Made by a program: the position numbers and the translations under genes. The notes under the pieces were generated by a model, which saw only the letters and a program-made list of their open reading frames with translations, was not told the origin of the DNA and ran no database searches. A DNA stretch of 64,000 nt from an uncultured virus (IMG/VR IMGVR_UViG_3300005253_000164) (lineage: Duplodnaviria; Heunggongvirae; Uroviricota; Caudoviricetes), in the IMG/VR virus record IMGVR_UViG_3300005253_000164; one strand, given 5' to 3'. Positions 9,010 through 20,460 of this stretch are shown piece after piece; the stretch's first letter is position 1, and every line of letters starts with the position of its first letter.

Positions 9010-9535
9010 TCTCTTGTATACACAGCTCAAAATCTACACATGCAGATCTTACATGATCTTGTAGAAAGTAGAGTTGATGTACTGTATACAACTAACGATT
9101 TGGCTTGGGATACTGCCATATAAATATCTTAGGAGGTTAATCCAAAGATAAATATCCCACATTCTACCTTCATATGAATAGAATAAACGAGCAGTTTCAG
9201 CAGTACAAACTGAAATTGCAAGTGATATAATGTAGTATGAAGTGCAAAATATGAACACAACAAAAATTGAGAAAAATTATGGATTATATAATTTCATATA
9301 ATTAACATATGTAATACTAATATATTTGAAATGTTTTTTCTTACGAATAAGGATCAATAGATCCTCTCTCCGCCCCAAACGCATACATTGGCATAAAACA
9401 CTCGCAATGACGTGCCGAACTATTGGAATGGCAGCATAGGGGCTGCGGAACTGTGTAATGACAGTGCTATAATTGTAGATGTCATTACATCAATATTATG
9501 TGGGATACGAGTTTATGAGTCATATCCCACATAAA
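9010..9535 (+). ncRNA. Two CTCTC-initiated, hairpin-rich non-coding units (~9010-9360 and ~9365-9535)
   Basis: Nested stems TTGTATACA/TGTATACAA, CAGCTC/GAGTTG, TCTACA/TGTAGA, AGATC/GATCT; GCAGTTTCAG/CTGAAATTGC; TGTAATGACA/TGTCATTACA; TTATGTGGGATA/TATCCCACATAA; no + strand ORF >=60 aa. Confidence 0.6.
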
Positions 9536-9731
9536 TAAATCTTATGAAGCTCTTAGAAAGACTTCGAGAAATGCGAATTAGTATGCCAGAGACAATTCCA
9601 GTAAAAGTGAGATCACTCCCATTGGATAAGATTTCTGTGGATATTAAAATGATTGGTGAAAAATCTATTCCCCAATCGGATCGCAAAAAAGAGCTTATTC
9701 GGTAATCACACTTATGCCGAAATTCTCTCCT

Positions 9732-10217
9732 GTGTTTGATGATGAAATACAAAAAATAAATGTGGGTTTGTATGATAAACACACCCATTTTGGTATGGAT
9801 GAAATATTTGAGTTTAGAGAACATCTCATATCCCTTCATCCTTATCATCAATCATTTGTTCGAACAATATTCGAAATATATCGATACGAACCATTTACAT
9901 TCATTTCAGCAAATGAATTTGGATTAACCATTGTTTATCCGAAAACAAGGTTTCGTGGTCCACTAAAAAGGATCAATGACAGATTTATTAAAATGGATAT
10001 AGCTCGAACAGATGGCATAGAATTAACTACACAGACTAAGACAGCATCACTTTATGATGTGGTTGAAGCAACAATTGCAACAATTGCATTGTCTTTTAGC
10101 TCCGCAATCCACATCAATATATCTTATGAACAAGATGTAAACGCGATGGTGAATGATGCTATGAAAATAATGGGTTACCCCCAGGATGAGTATTTTAGCA
10201 TTTTTTTCCTCTTATAG
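9732..10217 (+). CDS. Hypothetical protein
   Basis: In-frame GTG follows CTCTCCT (track start 9714). Confidence 0.65.
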   Translation: MFDDEIQKINVGLYDKHTHFGMDEIFEFREHLISLHPYHQSFVRTIFEIYRYEPFTFISANEFGLTIVYPKTRFRGPLKRINDRFIKMDIARTDGIELTTQTKTASLYDVVEATIATIALSFSSAIHINISYEQDVNAMVNDAMKIMGYPQDEYFSIFFLL

Positions 10218-10226
10218 TCTCTCCCC

Positions 10227-12362
10227 ATGTCACAATATGACAATAAGACCTTGACTGATATTAAAGAAGCAATTCTAGCATCACCAAGGTCACCACTACT
10301 TGCATTTATTGGAGTAGACGCAAAAGCGTATTTCCGATCAGTGCAATCTGTTTTTGGGCAAGTTATGCAAGAAGGTGATCTAGATCACATTGCAATGATT
10401 AGCATATCAGCTACCGAAGGCATTGAAACTAATTTCGATGCTGGAGTAGATTACTTGTCTCCAAGAGTACCAGAAGAAACCTATGCAGGAGAATTCAAAG
10501 ATCGCCTCATAGTTTTCTACTCCTACGCATCAGCGAAAGCATACGATGAGTTAAATTCAATCAATCACCTTTACGAAGGGGATATGAGTGAAGATGGATT
10601 AATTACAATAGCAAAAAGACTGAATTTGGGAAACCTTACAGGTCTTGATGCATTGAAACAGATGGCAACCAAACAGAAGAATAATATTGACATAATTCCT
10701 TTCATTAGGTTTTTTGGTTCAAGACTTCCATTTTTCTTCTTTGTCAATGTAAATTCATCACCTAGTATCTTTCCACGAAATGTTACTAATCCTCAAAGCA
10801 ACGATGCACTCATTCGTGCTTATGATTTGTTGGATGATAGTATCAATGCGTTAACGAGTGGGAAATCTTTTGGCGATGTTAAATTCAAAGAGAAATCTTC
10901 AGATGAAGAACTGATTTATGGATACTCAAACCTAGTAGTTTTTGCCCTCGATGATGAGGATATTAACGAAAGGATACTAAGGAAAGAATATGCTTATACA
11001 CATAAGTGTTTTTTCCCAGAACCAGAACAAAGAGAATGGATTATAGCAGGATTGCTGGAAGAGAAACAAGATGAATATCTTGATTCTGAACCAATGATCC
11101 AGTTTAAAATCAAACCAATCCCTAGAGAAGAGTGGAACGGTGGTGAGCAGGAATACCGACAGTTGATAACCTCAATTGGTGGGAATACTGCTGGACTAGA
11201 CTCAATTCAATTAGAACAAGCTGTTCTTAAAGGAATTGAATATCAAGTTCGAGAACAACATCTTTTGGAATTAGAAGAAGATCCTAGCGTGAAAGAGTTT
11301 GAAGTCGAAATCGACATTGAACCATTTAATAAATTTCGCGAAGAGATCCTTAATCAATATGATTTCCTTCAAATCCCAGACACGTCTCATACACTTGATG
11401 ATGTTGCAGGGCATACCCTAAACAAAGAAATAATCAGAACTTACATAATCGAAATGGTTAAACGACCAGATAGAAGAAAGTTCATGAAAAACTTCCTTGC
11501 TTTAGTAGGTGTGCCAGGCACAGGTAAAACATGGCTCGTTGGAGCAGTCGCAAATGAACTGAAAAAATATGGTTATATTTTCTTGGTGTTCTTGCTAAAT
11601 TCCTTGAAAGAAGGAATAGTTGGAGCATCAAACAAAAAAGCCAAATTAGCATTTCAAATTGCAGACTCTTGTGGCTATGCAGTCCTATTCTTTGACGAAG
11701 TTGATATGATTACTTCTGGTCGTGAATCACAAGGCGATTCAGGAGTAAGCAGCGGAATTCAACAACAGTTAATGAAATGGTCTGAAAACAAAGACAAATT
11801 CACAGGAAAACAAATAGTTGCCTCAGCAACAAATCGACCAGATTTAGTTGAGGGGGCTTTTTGGGATCGAATATCTAGAGACGGAGTACTAAACTTCGAA
11901 CCTTTGGATAAATTTGGTATCGGTGAACTTGTTGCCTTAAAACTGAATAAGTTTGAAAAGGATAGTCCAGAATTTACCTACAACAAAATCAATACTTATG
12001 AGGAACTCGGTCAGAAGATCTATGATATAAGACCAGAGTTAATGGGTAGACCATTAGTATCTATGATTGAATGGATTCGAGATACAGCCATTGTTAGAGC
12101 AGATGAAGCCAATACAACAGAACTTACTTTCTCAATAGAGTTAGTAGGAGAAGTTATGGGTGAAACTACTAGCAGAGGAATGTCCGAAGAAGTCGAGAAA
12201 ATGCGAGAAGTATGTGAATCATACGCATTTTTCAAAACAGATGCATCTTTAGAAGCATTACTTGGAACGAAATCAAGAAAAGTAAAGTCTACGAAGAAGA
12301 AATCTACCACCAAGAAGAAGAAATCTCCTACTAAGAAGATTGATTTGAAGAAGATTAAATAA
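10227..12362 (+). CDS. AAA+ ATPase, Ycf46/SpoVK-like architecture
   Basis: Walker A GVPGTGKT, Walker B FFDEVD, sensor ATNRPD; degenerate N-terminal domain; Lys-rich tail. Confidence 0.8.
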   Translation: MSQYDNKTLTDIKEAILASPRSPLLAFIGVDAKAYFRSVQSVFGQVMQEGDLDHIAMISISATEGIETNFDAGVDYLSPRVPEETYAGEFKDRLIVFYSYASAKAYDELNSINHLYEGDMSEDGLITIAKRLNLGNLTGLDALKQMATKQKNNIDIIPFIRFFGSRLPFFFFVNVNSSPSIFPRNVTNPQSNDALIRAYDLLDDSINALTSGKSFGDVKFKEKSSDEELIYGYSNLVVFALDDEDINERILRKEYAYTHKCFFPEPEQREWIIAGLLEEKQDEYLDSEPMIQFKIKPIPREEWNGGEQEYRQLITSIGGNTAGLDSIQLEQAVLKGIEYQVREQHLLELEEDPSVKEFEVEIDIEPFNKFREEILNQYDFLQIPDTSHTLDDVAGHTLNKEIIRTYIIEMVKRPDRRKFMKNFLALVGVPGTGKTWLVGAVANELKKYGYIFLVFLLNSLKEGIVGASNKKAKLAFQIADSCGYAVLFFDEVDMITSGRESQGDSGVSSGIQQQLMKWSENKDKFTGKQIVASATNRPDLVEGAFWDRISRDGVLNFEPLDKFGIGELVALKLNKFEKDSPEFTYNKINTYEELGQKIYDIRPELMGRPLVSMIEWIRDTAIVRADEANTTELTFSIELVGEVMGETTSRGMSEEVEKMREVCESYAFFKTDASLEALLGTKSRKVKSTKKKSTTKKKKSPTKKIDLKKIK

Positions 12363-12384
12363 TATAACCTTCAATTTCTCTCAT

Positions 12385-13404
12385 ATGGCTTTAGCAACAA
12401 TATTACTAACCTATAAAGAAATCTTACTATTAAGAGAAAAAATATGGGATATTTATCATAGTGATGAATACACGTCTGAATATGTCGGATTTGTAAACAA
12501 CGTAAAATACATCTTATATCTTGGAGAAGGTGGAACCACATATGGTCCACTAAATTTACTTTCAGTAAATAAATTACTCTCATTAGTAAGTCCGAGAATT
12601 AAAAGCCCAAATTGTACTTTGAAACATTCTCCCTATTACTCAACATGTATTGAGGAATATGGGCTACATTATGAACCAACTTGGGAAAATGTTTGTTCAA
12701 AATGTGAACAAGAAATCAAACGCTTCATTAACACAAACAACTAATCTCTCTTATTATGGATGAATACTACAATGAAGCCATATTAAAAATTAACACCATT
12801 CTCAACGGAGATAGTAACGATGAGAAAGGCGATTTACAAGACATATTATCATTAGTACAACAATATAAATTCAGTGTTGATACAGCTTTAAAAGAAATAT
12901 TAGAAGCTCTTAAAACAAGTGATACAGTTGTGCAAAAAATTTATAAAACCTTGTCATAATCTCTCCTATGACTATAACTACAATCATAATTTTATTTATA
13001 GTAATAATTGGTATTATTTGGGGGCTATTTGACATTATGTTGAAAAACCCTTCAAATAAATGTTGTTTAACTAACCCTTTTATGACATTACGAACAATAA
13101 AACCTTACAATCAAACAACTACAATTTATTGTAGACAATGTTATTCACAATTGGATTGTAATTTCGCATATTATTATGATTAATAATCTCTCCTATGACA
13201 ATTAACAATGTCAGAAAAGAAATAACATACTTCATATTATTAGTATTAATGTGGAGTGCTGGAACTGTTTTCGTAATTATTGGTATAGTTAATAATAATG
13301 ATACGTTGGCAGCTATAGCTTTTATTGGAACAGTTTTTGTTTTAGTAAAAGGTACGGATTTGTGGATAAGTAATTCTAAAGATCAATATTATTTTATCTA
13401 CTAA
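12385..13404 (+). CDS. Four small cassette genes (12385-12744, 12756-12959, 12968-13183, 13195-13404); two are membrane peptides
   Basis: Each preceded by CTCTC; grouped entry. Confidence 0.7.
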
Positions 13405-13412
13405 CCTCTCCT

Positions 13413-13817
13413 ATGAGTGAAAATGGAATAATCACAATTAGAACACTAGAATGCGATGTCTGTGACAGATATGATTCTATAATGCTTTCTGAAGAGGAAG
13501 TCATTACCAGATCAAAATCAACAGACATGGGCATAGGTGCATATTCAGTTGTGCATAAAGATCACACCAGAATCATCTACTTTGATAAAGATGGAACATA
13601 TCTTGGGGATACAATAGCAATGAATCCCGATGACGTGCCAGATACAATAAAAGATGGGCCTAATAAACCAACAGATGAATGGTTTGACACCCTCCCTGGT
13701 AAACAATTAGAAGACGACATCTATGGAGTAGATGAAGATTCTAAAGTGGTCGAGAAACCAAGAAAAAGAGGTAAAATAATTACTTTCTTTACTCAAAGGT
13801 TTTCAACAAAACGCTGA
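13413..13817 (+). CDS. Asgard-type Zn-binding domain protein
   Basis: ECDVC...GIGAYSVVHKDHTRIIYFDKDGTYLG resembles the CxxC...H..H..D..G domain I recognise from Loki/Heimdall proteins. Confidence 0.5.
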   Translation: MSENGIITIRTLECDVCDRYDSIMLSEEEVITRSKSTDMGIGAYSVVHKDHTRIIYFDKDGTYLGDTIAMNPDDVPDTIKDGPNKPTDEWFDTLPGKQLEDDIYGVDEDSKVVEKPRKRGKIITFFTQRFSTKR

Positions 13818-14119
13818 ATCTCTCACTATGAATGAAAATGAATTGAAAAAAACATACATAGAAAATAGGAAATTATTGCCAAAAATAAATGATGTCGATA
13901 ATAATCCTGAATACACACATTCAAGATGCTACATTTGATTCAGATCCATTAGCATTTTGCGGTGAACCTAGTTCACAAAATAAAATAATTCTTTCTGATA
14001 AATTGACTATTAGTGAATTACAGAAAAATTTTAGAAAGTATGATCCAGAATGTGTTAATAGATTAGTCCAATCATTCTTATTTAAAATGATTAATGAGAC
14101 TTAATCTCTCGGTGATATA

Positions 14120-14584
14120 ATGCCATGTTATTATAGCAGAATACCAAAAATTCCAATTAAGAATCAGTTTTTAATTGCTTTTTTTGATTATATAAACACC
14201 TATCCAGAAGAAGCAAAAGCCATAATGGAAGAACTACGAGAAAAAACATCATTATATACTCAAAAAAGAGTAAGTGTATATGGTGTAAGACAACGATCAA
14301 AACGTATTTCTATCTATATTGGCGGAGTTGCTACTCACATTGAACCTCATCAAATAGGTACTCTTGATACACAATTAGTTGAAAGATATACCCATATGAT
14401 TGCAGATATAATAACCACTCCTCTTCGACTTGGAAGATCCAAAGAAATTTTGGCAAACAAAATTGCTGAAAAATTAAATTTGGGTATCCAGGTGGAACGA
14501 GAAATAAGAGGAACAGAACCAACTCAATATGGACAATCATATGAAGTTGTAGCTGAAGAACAAAATATGGTGGTGCAAAGATAA
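14120..14584 (+). CDS. Possible DUF1257/Ycf35-like protein
   Basis: Size, C-terminal GIQVERE...MVVQR pattern and Ycf46-like ATPase context; weak. Confidence 0.35.
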   Translation: MPCYYSRIPKIPIKNQFLIAFFDYINTYPEEAKAIMEELREKTSLYTQKRVSVYGVRQRSKRISIYIGGVATHIEPHQIGTLDTQLVERYTHMIADIITTPLRLGRSKEILANKIAEKLNLGIQVEREIRGTEPTQYGQSYEVVAEEQNMVVQR

Positions 14585-14829
14585 TGTATTTGGAAATATT
14601 AGTCAATGATGATCTAGAAATTCAATTACGAATGTCACAAGATCTGGATAGTTTATCACTAGAAGAACTACAACAAACCCAAAAAATGTTAGAAGAATAC
14701 TACAAGAAATTGGACTTGGAATATGAATTAGAAGATGTTCCTTTAGAATTCGAACAACATGTAACTGAGGATCAATTAAGAACATCAATCACTAACCATA
14801 TTGATGAATTTAATACAGTTCGAAGGTGA
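14584..14829 (+). CDS. Possible DUF2997-like small protein
   Basis: MYLEILVNDDLEI N-terminus; TAATG-coupled to 14120; weak. Confidence 0.35.
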   Translation: MYLEILVNDDLEIQLRMSQDLDSLSLEELQQTQKMLEEYYKKLDLEYELEDVPLEFEQHVTEDQLRTSITNHIDEFNTVRR

Positions 14830-14836
14830 TCTCTCT

Positions 14837-15334
14837 ATGACTATACAACGCCACAAATGGTCAAACAATATAAAATTAGGCAAAAGAATAGCTCGCACCA
14901 TTTACTTACATGCAGACTACGCTAACTTGTTACCAGATAAAGTACAAGAAGTAATTGCATTAGGAAATGGATTTTATGTGAGACGTTGTAATGTATTGAA
15001 ATTAACTATGGGTAAAAATGAAGCTGTTAAATTTATTAGTTTCATTTATTGTCCAGATTTTATTATTTCTGATGAACCAGAGATAAAATATGCAGTTAAA
15101 TTCAATCCTAAAACAAACGAATATACAAAAAGAGAATACACCCAGAATCCCCCTGTTTATCATGGGAAATGGGCATTTGTTCCAGAACATAATACTATGT
15201 TTGATGTACAAGCATCTTATGATAGAACGATCTGGATTAATAAACAACTGCAGAAATTTGGCATTGCAAAAAGATCTATTGGATGGAAAATTCAATGGAA
15301 TGGAATTCTCACACACTTACATAATAATGTCTAA
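14837..15334 (+). CDS. Homologue of the non-catalytic domain of phosphorothioation-associated methyltransferases (TIGR04096-like)
   Basis: GKR...IYLH, SFIYCPDF..DEP and NPPVYHGKWAFV motifs; start after CTCTCT. Confidence 0.55.
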   Translation: MTIQRHKWSNNIKLGKRIARTIYLHADYANLLPDKVQEVIALGNGFYVRRCNVLKLTMGKNEAVKFISFIYCPDFIISDEPEIKYAVKFNPKTNEYTKREYTQNPPVYHGKWAFVPEHNTMFDVQASYDRTIWINKQLQKFGIAKRSIGWKIQWNGILTHLHNNV

Positions 15335-15342
15335 TCTCCCCA

Positions 15343-15770
15343 ATGGCTCATGTAATAAATGAACCACAAATCCCAACTGAGCATTACACGATAGGTAAAA
15401 TGCCCAAATACCCCAAAATGTTTATTAAATGTGAAAAACATAATAAATATGGGATTCAACTCAATCAAGACTTAGTTCAGTGTATTGACTGTAACTAATT
15501 CTCTCAATGTCAAATACATATTCAATATTTGATTCTAAAACACAACACTATTTATTTGATACAGCAAAACCAAATACTAGAAACAAGTGTTCGTGGTGTA
15601 ACTTACCCATTTGCTATAATTGTAAAAAATTATTGGAAATAACAGATGATGTTTATTGTTTCAAATGCAGAATGTCTAGGTAAACTCTCATGTCAATAAA
15701 TGATTATGTGGTGATAATTATTATTGGCTTTCTATTCACATTAGTGATCGGTGGTAATCTCCTACACTGA
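15343..15770 (+). CDS. Three consecutive microprotein cassettes below the track cut-off: 15343-15498 (51 aa), 15507-15683 (58 aa, 3 CxxC), 15690-15770 (26 aa TM)
   Basis: Each starts right after CTCTC/CTCCCC and stops shortly before the next mark. Confidence 0.7.
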
Positions 15771-15789
15771 ATAATGAATAGTCTCTCCT

Positions 15790-17191
15790 ATGATAATCTA
15801 CGGAATAGAACTTAAGGCAGATCAAGATGATGATATAATTATTTTTATCTCCTCTAAACCTTCTAAAGAAATTATAGAAGGTATAAAAGATGTTATTAAT
15901 GAAAATCACGAAGATGAAAATTGGACTTATGATGGTATAAGGCATTCCATAAGAGAATTCTTAAAAAATCATAATATAAAAATAATTGAAGATCCGTACA
16001 AGCCAATTTCCTTTGATATGGATTCCTTTAATTGATCATTTAATAACATTCTCTCTATGGTCAACGAAATATTTGTCCGAGTTGAAGTGAGTGGTGGAAT
16101 CCATAATGGAGTTTTCTACTCAAGCGACTTAAAAAAAGCAATCGAGATTGATCCACAATACAATCCCGAAAAAGAAGATCAGATAGCAGTTTATGCATTA
16201 GATGTATTTGCTACAGACTTAGCGAAATTTAGTGAAGCAAATAAGATCTGGTCACATCCCGAAGACATGAAAGTTTATAAATCAATCGATGAAGCAAAAT
16301 TTGATGGTTTCAAATGGTCTGATGTACTATATTATCAGAATAAAGCCAGAGAATTTTTATCGATAATTTAAATAATCATGCCGAGTATAATATATATAGG
16401 GAAACTTCTCTCCTATGACAACAAATGTCAAAGAACCAAAAAAATACATGGTATTTTTAATATTGATTTGGATTGCCTTAATCGCTGGAATTGTTCTAGT
16501 GATTTTCGGAATAATTCAAAACAATAGTTGGTGGACAGTCGGAATAATTCTAATTCTTTTATCTGTAAGAAGTCGAAGTCAATTAGAAATATACATGCCA
16601 GTCCATCAATAACACCTCTCCCCTATGCCCAAAGAAAGAAAAAATACGGACATAATAATTCCAGAGTACAAACAATGTACACTGTGCAAACAGGATGAAG
16701 CTCATAAGAATCATGATATTTGTACTAAATGCATAGACTCGGAATACGAAGCAACGATTGGTTTCATGCCATTAGCATGTGGTAGAAAAGGATGCAAAGT
16801 AATATTTGCACCACCAGACGGAGAAATCCCAGATGATGAATACTGGCCCGAATCTTATTGTTCAGCATTGTGTGAACTAAGAGACATTCAAGATGAATAC
16901 ATTATCTTAGATTTCAACCAGATGGCTTTTCTAGTTCTTTATCAATCGTTCATTCATGCAAGGCATCACTATCCATGTGAATTGGATAAATGTAAAATAC
17001 CACTAGAAGGTCTAAAACACTGTACTGTTGAATGCATAAACATTCTTAGAAACAGAAGTACAATGGAACTAAGACCTTTGATTGCAAAAGATCTGAAAAA
17101 AGAATGGAAAAAATGCAATACCAAACCCGCAAGAGATATGACAGGTACTTGGTCATGGTATGATTACATGGATCTGGATAAACTGCATTGA
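15790..17191 (+). CDS. Cassette genes 15790-16035, 16057-16371, 16415-16612 (TM), 16625-17191 (Cys-rich)
   Basis: ORF track plus CTCTC starts; grouped entry. Confidence 0.7.
16368..16412 (+). promoter_or_regulatory. Partial copy of the internal palindrome+TATA promoter cassette
   Basis: TTAAATAATCATGCCGAGTATAATATATATAGGGAAAC-TTCTCTC. Confidence 0.8.
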
Positions 17192-17498
17192 ATCTCTCAT
17201 ATGGTAATATTCAAATTAATAGACCATTTCACAAAAATTGATTATCTTAGACTGCAACTATTGTGGCACTCCGATTATCAATAAACTAAAAATATTAGAG
17301 GAACACCTTGCAAACTGTGATGATGTTCCTAGTTCAGTTCAAAAAGAATTGGATCTCTCGTTATGTTAACAGAAATAGCAATCATAACCTTCTTAGTAAA
17401 GAAGTTCAAGAACAGGCAGAAAAAGAAACGAATTGTTGCTTTTGAAATAAATTGTAACACAATGGAAAAATCATTTCTTTATGTCTAATTCTCTCCCG

Positions 17499-18149
17499 AT
17501 GATGAAGCTTACAACTAAAATCAACGATGAAACTATTTCGGAGTACTCATGGATAACTGCTATGAGTGCTAAATTACCAACTTCTCCATTCGTGAGGAAT
17601 TTTATGAAATCACAAATTTCTCGTTATGGACTATTTGATAATATACTATTCTATGGTGCAGGAAGGGGTAGAAATATCCCAATTGCCTTTGAAAATGAAA
17701 TAAGTAAGATCTATGCTTATGATCTTAATTTCCCAAAACTGGAATCAAAAATTCCACCACATTTGCGAGATTATTTTTATAATAATGCAGCTCTTCAAGA
17801 GATGAATGAATTAGACTTAGTAACTTGTTTATTTGTTTTCAACACAATCACTAAAACTCACCAAGAAAAATTAGTAAAAGATTTAGTTCAATTAAATGCC
17901 AACACTTACATTATAGCAGTAAGGAATGATGTAAAGGCATCAGCAATGACATATGGCGATGGTTATATTTCAAGATTGTACACCGATGGCTCACACACCT
18001 ACCAAGAGAACTTTACCCTTGAAAAGATAAATGCTCTTTTGAAGCCACATTTCCCAGAAGGATATGATTGGTATGGTGATGAGGTAAAAGGTGCATTAAC
18101 CCTTATCATTTCTCGAAGCCCTATTGTTGGTATGGAATTAATAGATTAA
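17499..18149 (+). CDS. Class I SAM-dependent methyltransferase (TIGR04096 MTase-domain-like)
   Basis: ILFYGAGRGRN motif I, DLVTCLFVFNTI, IIAVR, YGDGYIS...TYQ. Confidence 0.7.
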   Translation: MMKLTTKINDETISEYSWITAMSAKLPTSPFVRNFMKSQISRYGLFDNILFYGAGRGRNIPIAFENEISKIYAYDLNFPKLESKIPPHLRDYFYNNAALQEMNELDLVTCLFVFNTITKTHQEKLVKDLVQLNANTYIIAVRNDVKASAMTYGDGYISRLYTDGSHTYQENFTLEKINALLKPHFPEGYDWYGDEVKGALTLIISRSPIVGMELID

Positions 18150-18445
18150 TTCTCTCACCTATGGATATAATAAATCTAAAGGATAATAAAAGGAGTCATA
18201 TAATTCATGACAGTAGAATATGAAATAATTGACAACAGCGGAGTAATTGCTGATGCTGAATCAGAAGATGAAATTTCTAGCATCTGGAATGATTTAATTG
18301 CAAGAACAGGTGATTATCATGATTTTAAGCCTAATGGCGAAGTTAAGATGGTAAAAATCTTGGCAACAATAATCTAATTATAACATTAACATTAATTCTC
18401 TCAACTGATATATTAGTATTTATAATATATTTAGAAACCTCTACT

Positions 18446-18886
18446 ATGGTTGAAGACAAAGACAACCTCGAAAAAACTTATGTCGCTTCTGGAGTGGCAT
18501 GTGATCCCGAAAAAGTCACATTCAAATCAAAAGAAGGCATAAATATGGATGTAGATCACCAACTGATGAAAAGTACATCGATAATACAAGACACAGTTTT
18601 AGGATTGGCTCATTTTAATAAAGTAGACGATGAGGAAGATTTAGATAATCTCCTTGACAAAATTTTAGAAAAAGATGAAGATCCTCTGTGTATATCGTGT
18701 AAAAAACCATTAAGTGATCCAGAACGAAATGACGGTAAGATTGAATTTACATGTTGTGATATTTGTGGAGAAAAAGTTCATATGACTTGTAAACAAACAG
18801 TCACAACCCCAAGAGTAAACACACATACAAACGAAAATATTGACTATGATATGTGTATCAAATGCTTTGACCGACATACTGAATAA
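18446..18886 (+). CDS. Cys-rich Zn-binding protein
   Basis: CISC, CDIC, HMTC, CIKC. Confidence 0.7.
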   Translation: MVEDKDNLEKTYVASGVACDPEKVTFKSKEGINMDVDHQLMKSTSIIQDTVLGLAHFNKVDDEEDLDNLLDKILEKDEDPLCISCKKPLSDPERNDGKIEFTCCDICGEKVHMTCKQTVTTPRVNTHTNENIDYDMCIKCFDRHTE

Positions 18887-18951
18887 TATATTCAACCCAA
18901 CATTAATAATGTGGCAAAGTATTAATATTCGTTCCAACATAAATATTTCCT

Positions 18952-20433
18952 ATGGGCAAGAAAAAAGAAAAACCCAAAGAATTAACTGATGTAGAATCAG
19001 TTGATGAGAACTCTGATATTCCAGAGGTAGATGTCGTAGATGAGCTATTTGGCTCATTGAAGGATGCAAATGCAACCGTTGTGGCATCTTCAGTTACAGC
19101 ATTAACTACAAACGCAATTGTTGTTAGAGTTGGACAAAATTTACTAAAACCTAAATACAGAGGTGATTGGAAAAGTGGAATAATTGTTTTATCGCAAGAT
19201 ATTCAAGATAACACCTCTTACCCAGAAACAACTGTAAATGATGAAGGATTTAGAAAAATTAGAAATATCGTGAATAATATGCGATATGCTGCTAAAAGAC
19301 ATGCCTTGGCAATCTTCAATGAAGGTGGAAATAGCGTGAGAGATGAAACATCGGGTAGAATTGCCGATGCTTTTAACCTTCAAGGTTATCTCATGACTAA
19401 GGAAGCCTTCAAAATATTCTTACCAGAATGGGAAGCAATGTACAGGGATTTCGAAATAGCTGTCGATAAATATATCGAAGCTTATCCCGAAGAAAGAAAT
19501 AACTTAACTAGTTATTTTGGTAAGCAGTTCCTCTATAATAAACTCCAACAGGTAGCAAATGACGTTAAAGAGATAGAAATCGTTGGTAATTATTCTACCA
19601 AAGAAGATATGGATTTAGCAGTTAATGCAGTAAAAGAATCACTCGAAGAGATGGTTGATTTCTTCAAAATCAATCTGGGTGGTGGACTTGAAAAGCCTTG
19701 GGTGGCTTACGCAATAATCCTCAACCCATCGGGTATCACAGCTTGGAAATCAATTAGAGCAAACTATCAAAGTTTTATGGAAAATGTTAACTTATACAAA
19801 CATTTGCCAATGGAGCTTCAACAATCAGATTACGGTGTTAAAATGATCCCTCAAAGGATCCCACAGACTGATGAAATATTGACTGCACAAAGAAATCGCA
19901 TGGAAATGCAATTTGAAACAGGTGTGCGGAAAATGAATAAGGACATGAAAATAGAAGGAGAAACAGCCTATCAAGAAACGAAGGTAACTCTTGCTAATAT
20001 AGAGAAAGAATATCAAGATCTATTGAAACAATCCTTAACATCAGCTCTTAGAGAAACATTAGATAATGTGAAATCCCTCAAAGGAAATGTTGATCGCAGA
20101 ACTACAAGAGTACTCTTAGGTCAACCAGATGGTAAGAAAAAGAAAGTCGGATTACTAAAAGAAATCATGGCTCTTGCCAAAGAAGGATTTGAACTTAGAG
20201 ATTGTAATGATCTTGAGGTACTTATCTTGGATTTGAAAGGATCACTTGAATCTGGAGATGCAAAACAAGTTGCATTAGATCTGGAAACAACACTAAAATC
20301 ACTAACAAAGGAAATTATTGTGAATAAACCCGCAAAAGTTGGCCTTAATCTAGGATTGAATAAGATAAAGAAGCCCAGAGCAAAACCTACAAAGAAGAAA
20401 GTAGGCAAGCTAAACTTGAATGGCAAAAAGTAA
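18952..20433 (+). CDS. Helical protein, possibly DUF3150-like
   Basis: GYLMTKEAFKIFLPEWEAMYRDFEIAVDKYIEAYP resembles the DUF3150 core; Lys-rich tail like 10227. Confidence 0.4.
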   Translation: MGKKKEKPKELTDVESVDENSDIPEVDVVDELFGSLKDANATVVASSVTALTTNAIVVRVGQNLLKPKYRGDWKSGIIVLSQDIQDNTSYPETTVNDEGFRKIRNIVNNMRYAAKRHALAIFNEGGNSVRDETSGRIADAFNLQGYLMTKEAFKIFLPEWEAMYRDFEIAVDKYIEAYPEERNNLTSYFGKQFLYNKLQQVANDVKEIEIVGNYSTKEDMDLAVNAVKESLEEMVDFFKINLGGGLEKPWVAYAIILNPSGITAWKSIRANYQSFMENVNLYKHLPMELQQSDYGVKMIPQRIPQTDEILTAQRNRMEMQFETGVRKMNKDMKIEGETAYQETKVTLANIEKEYQDLLKQSLTSALRETLDNVKSLKGNVDRRTTRVLLGQPDGKKKKVGLLKEIMALAKEGFELRDCNDLEVLILDLKGSLESGDAKQVALDLETTLKSLTKEIIVNKPAKVGLNLGLNKIKKPRAKPTKKKVGKLNLNGKK

Positions 20434-20460
20434 TTAACTAATCAGAGCAACTCTCTCATA

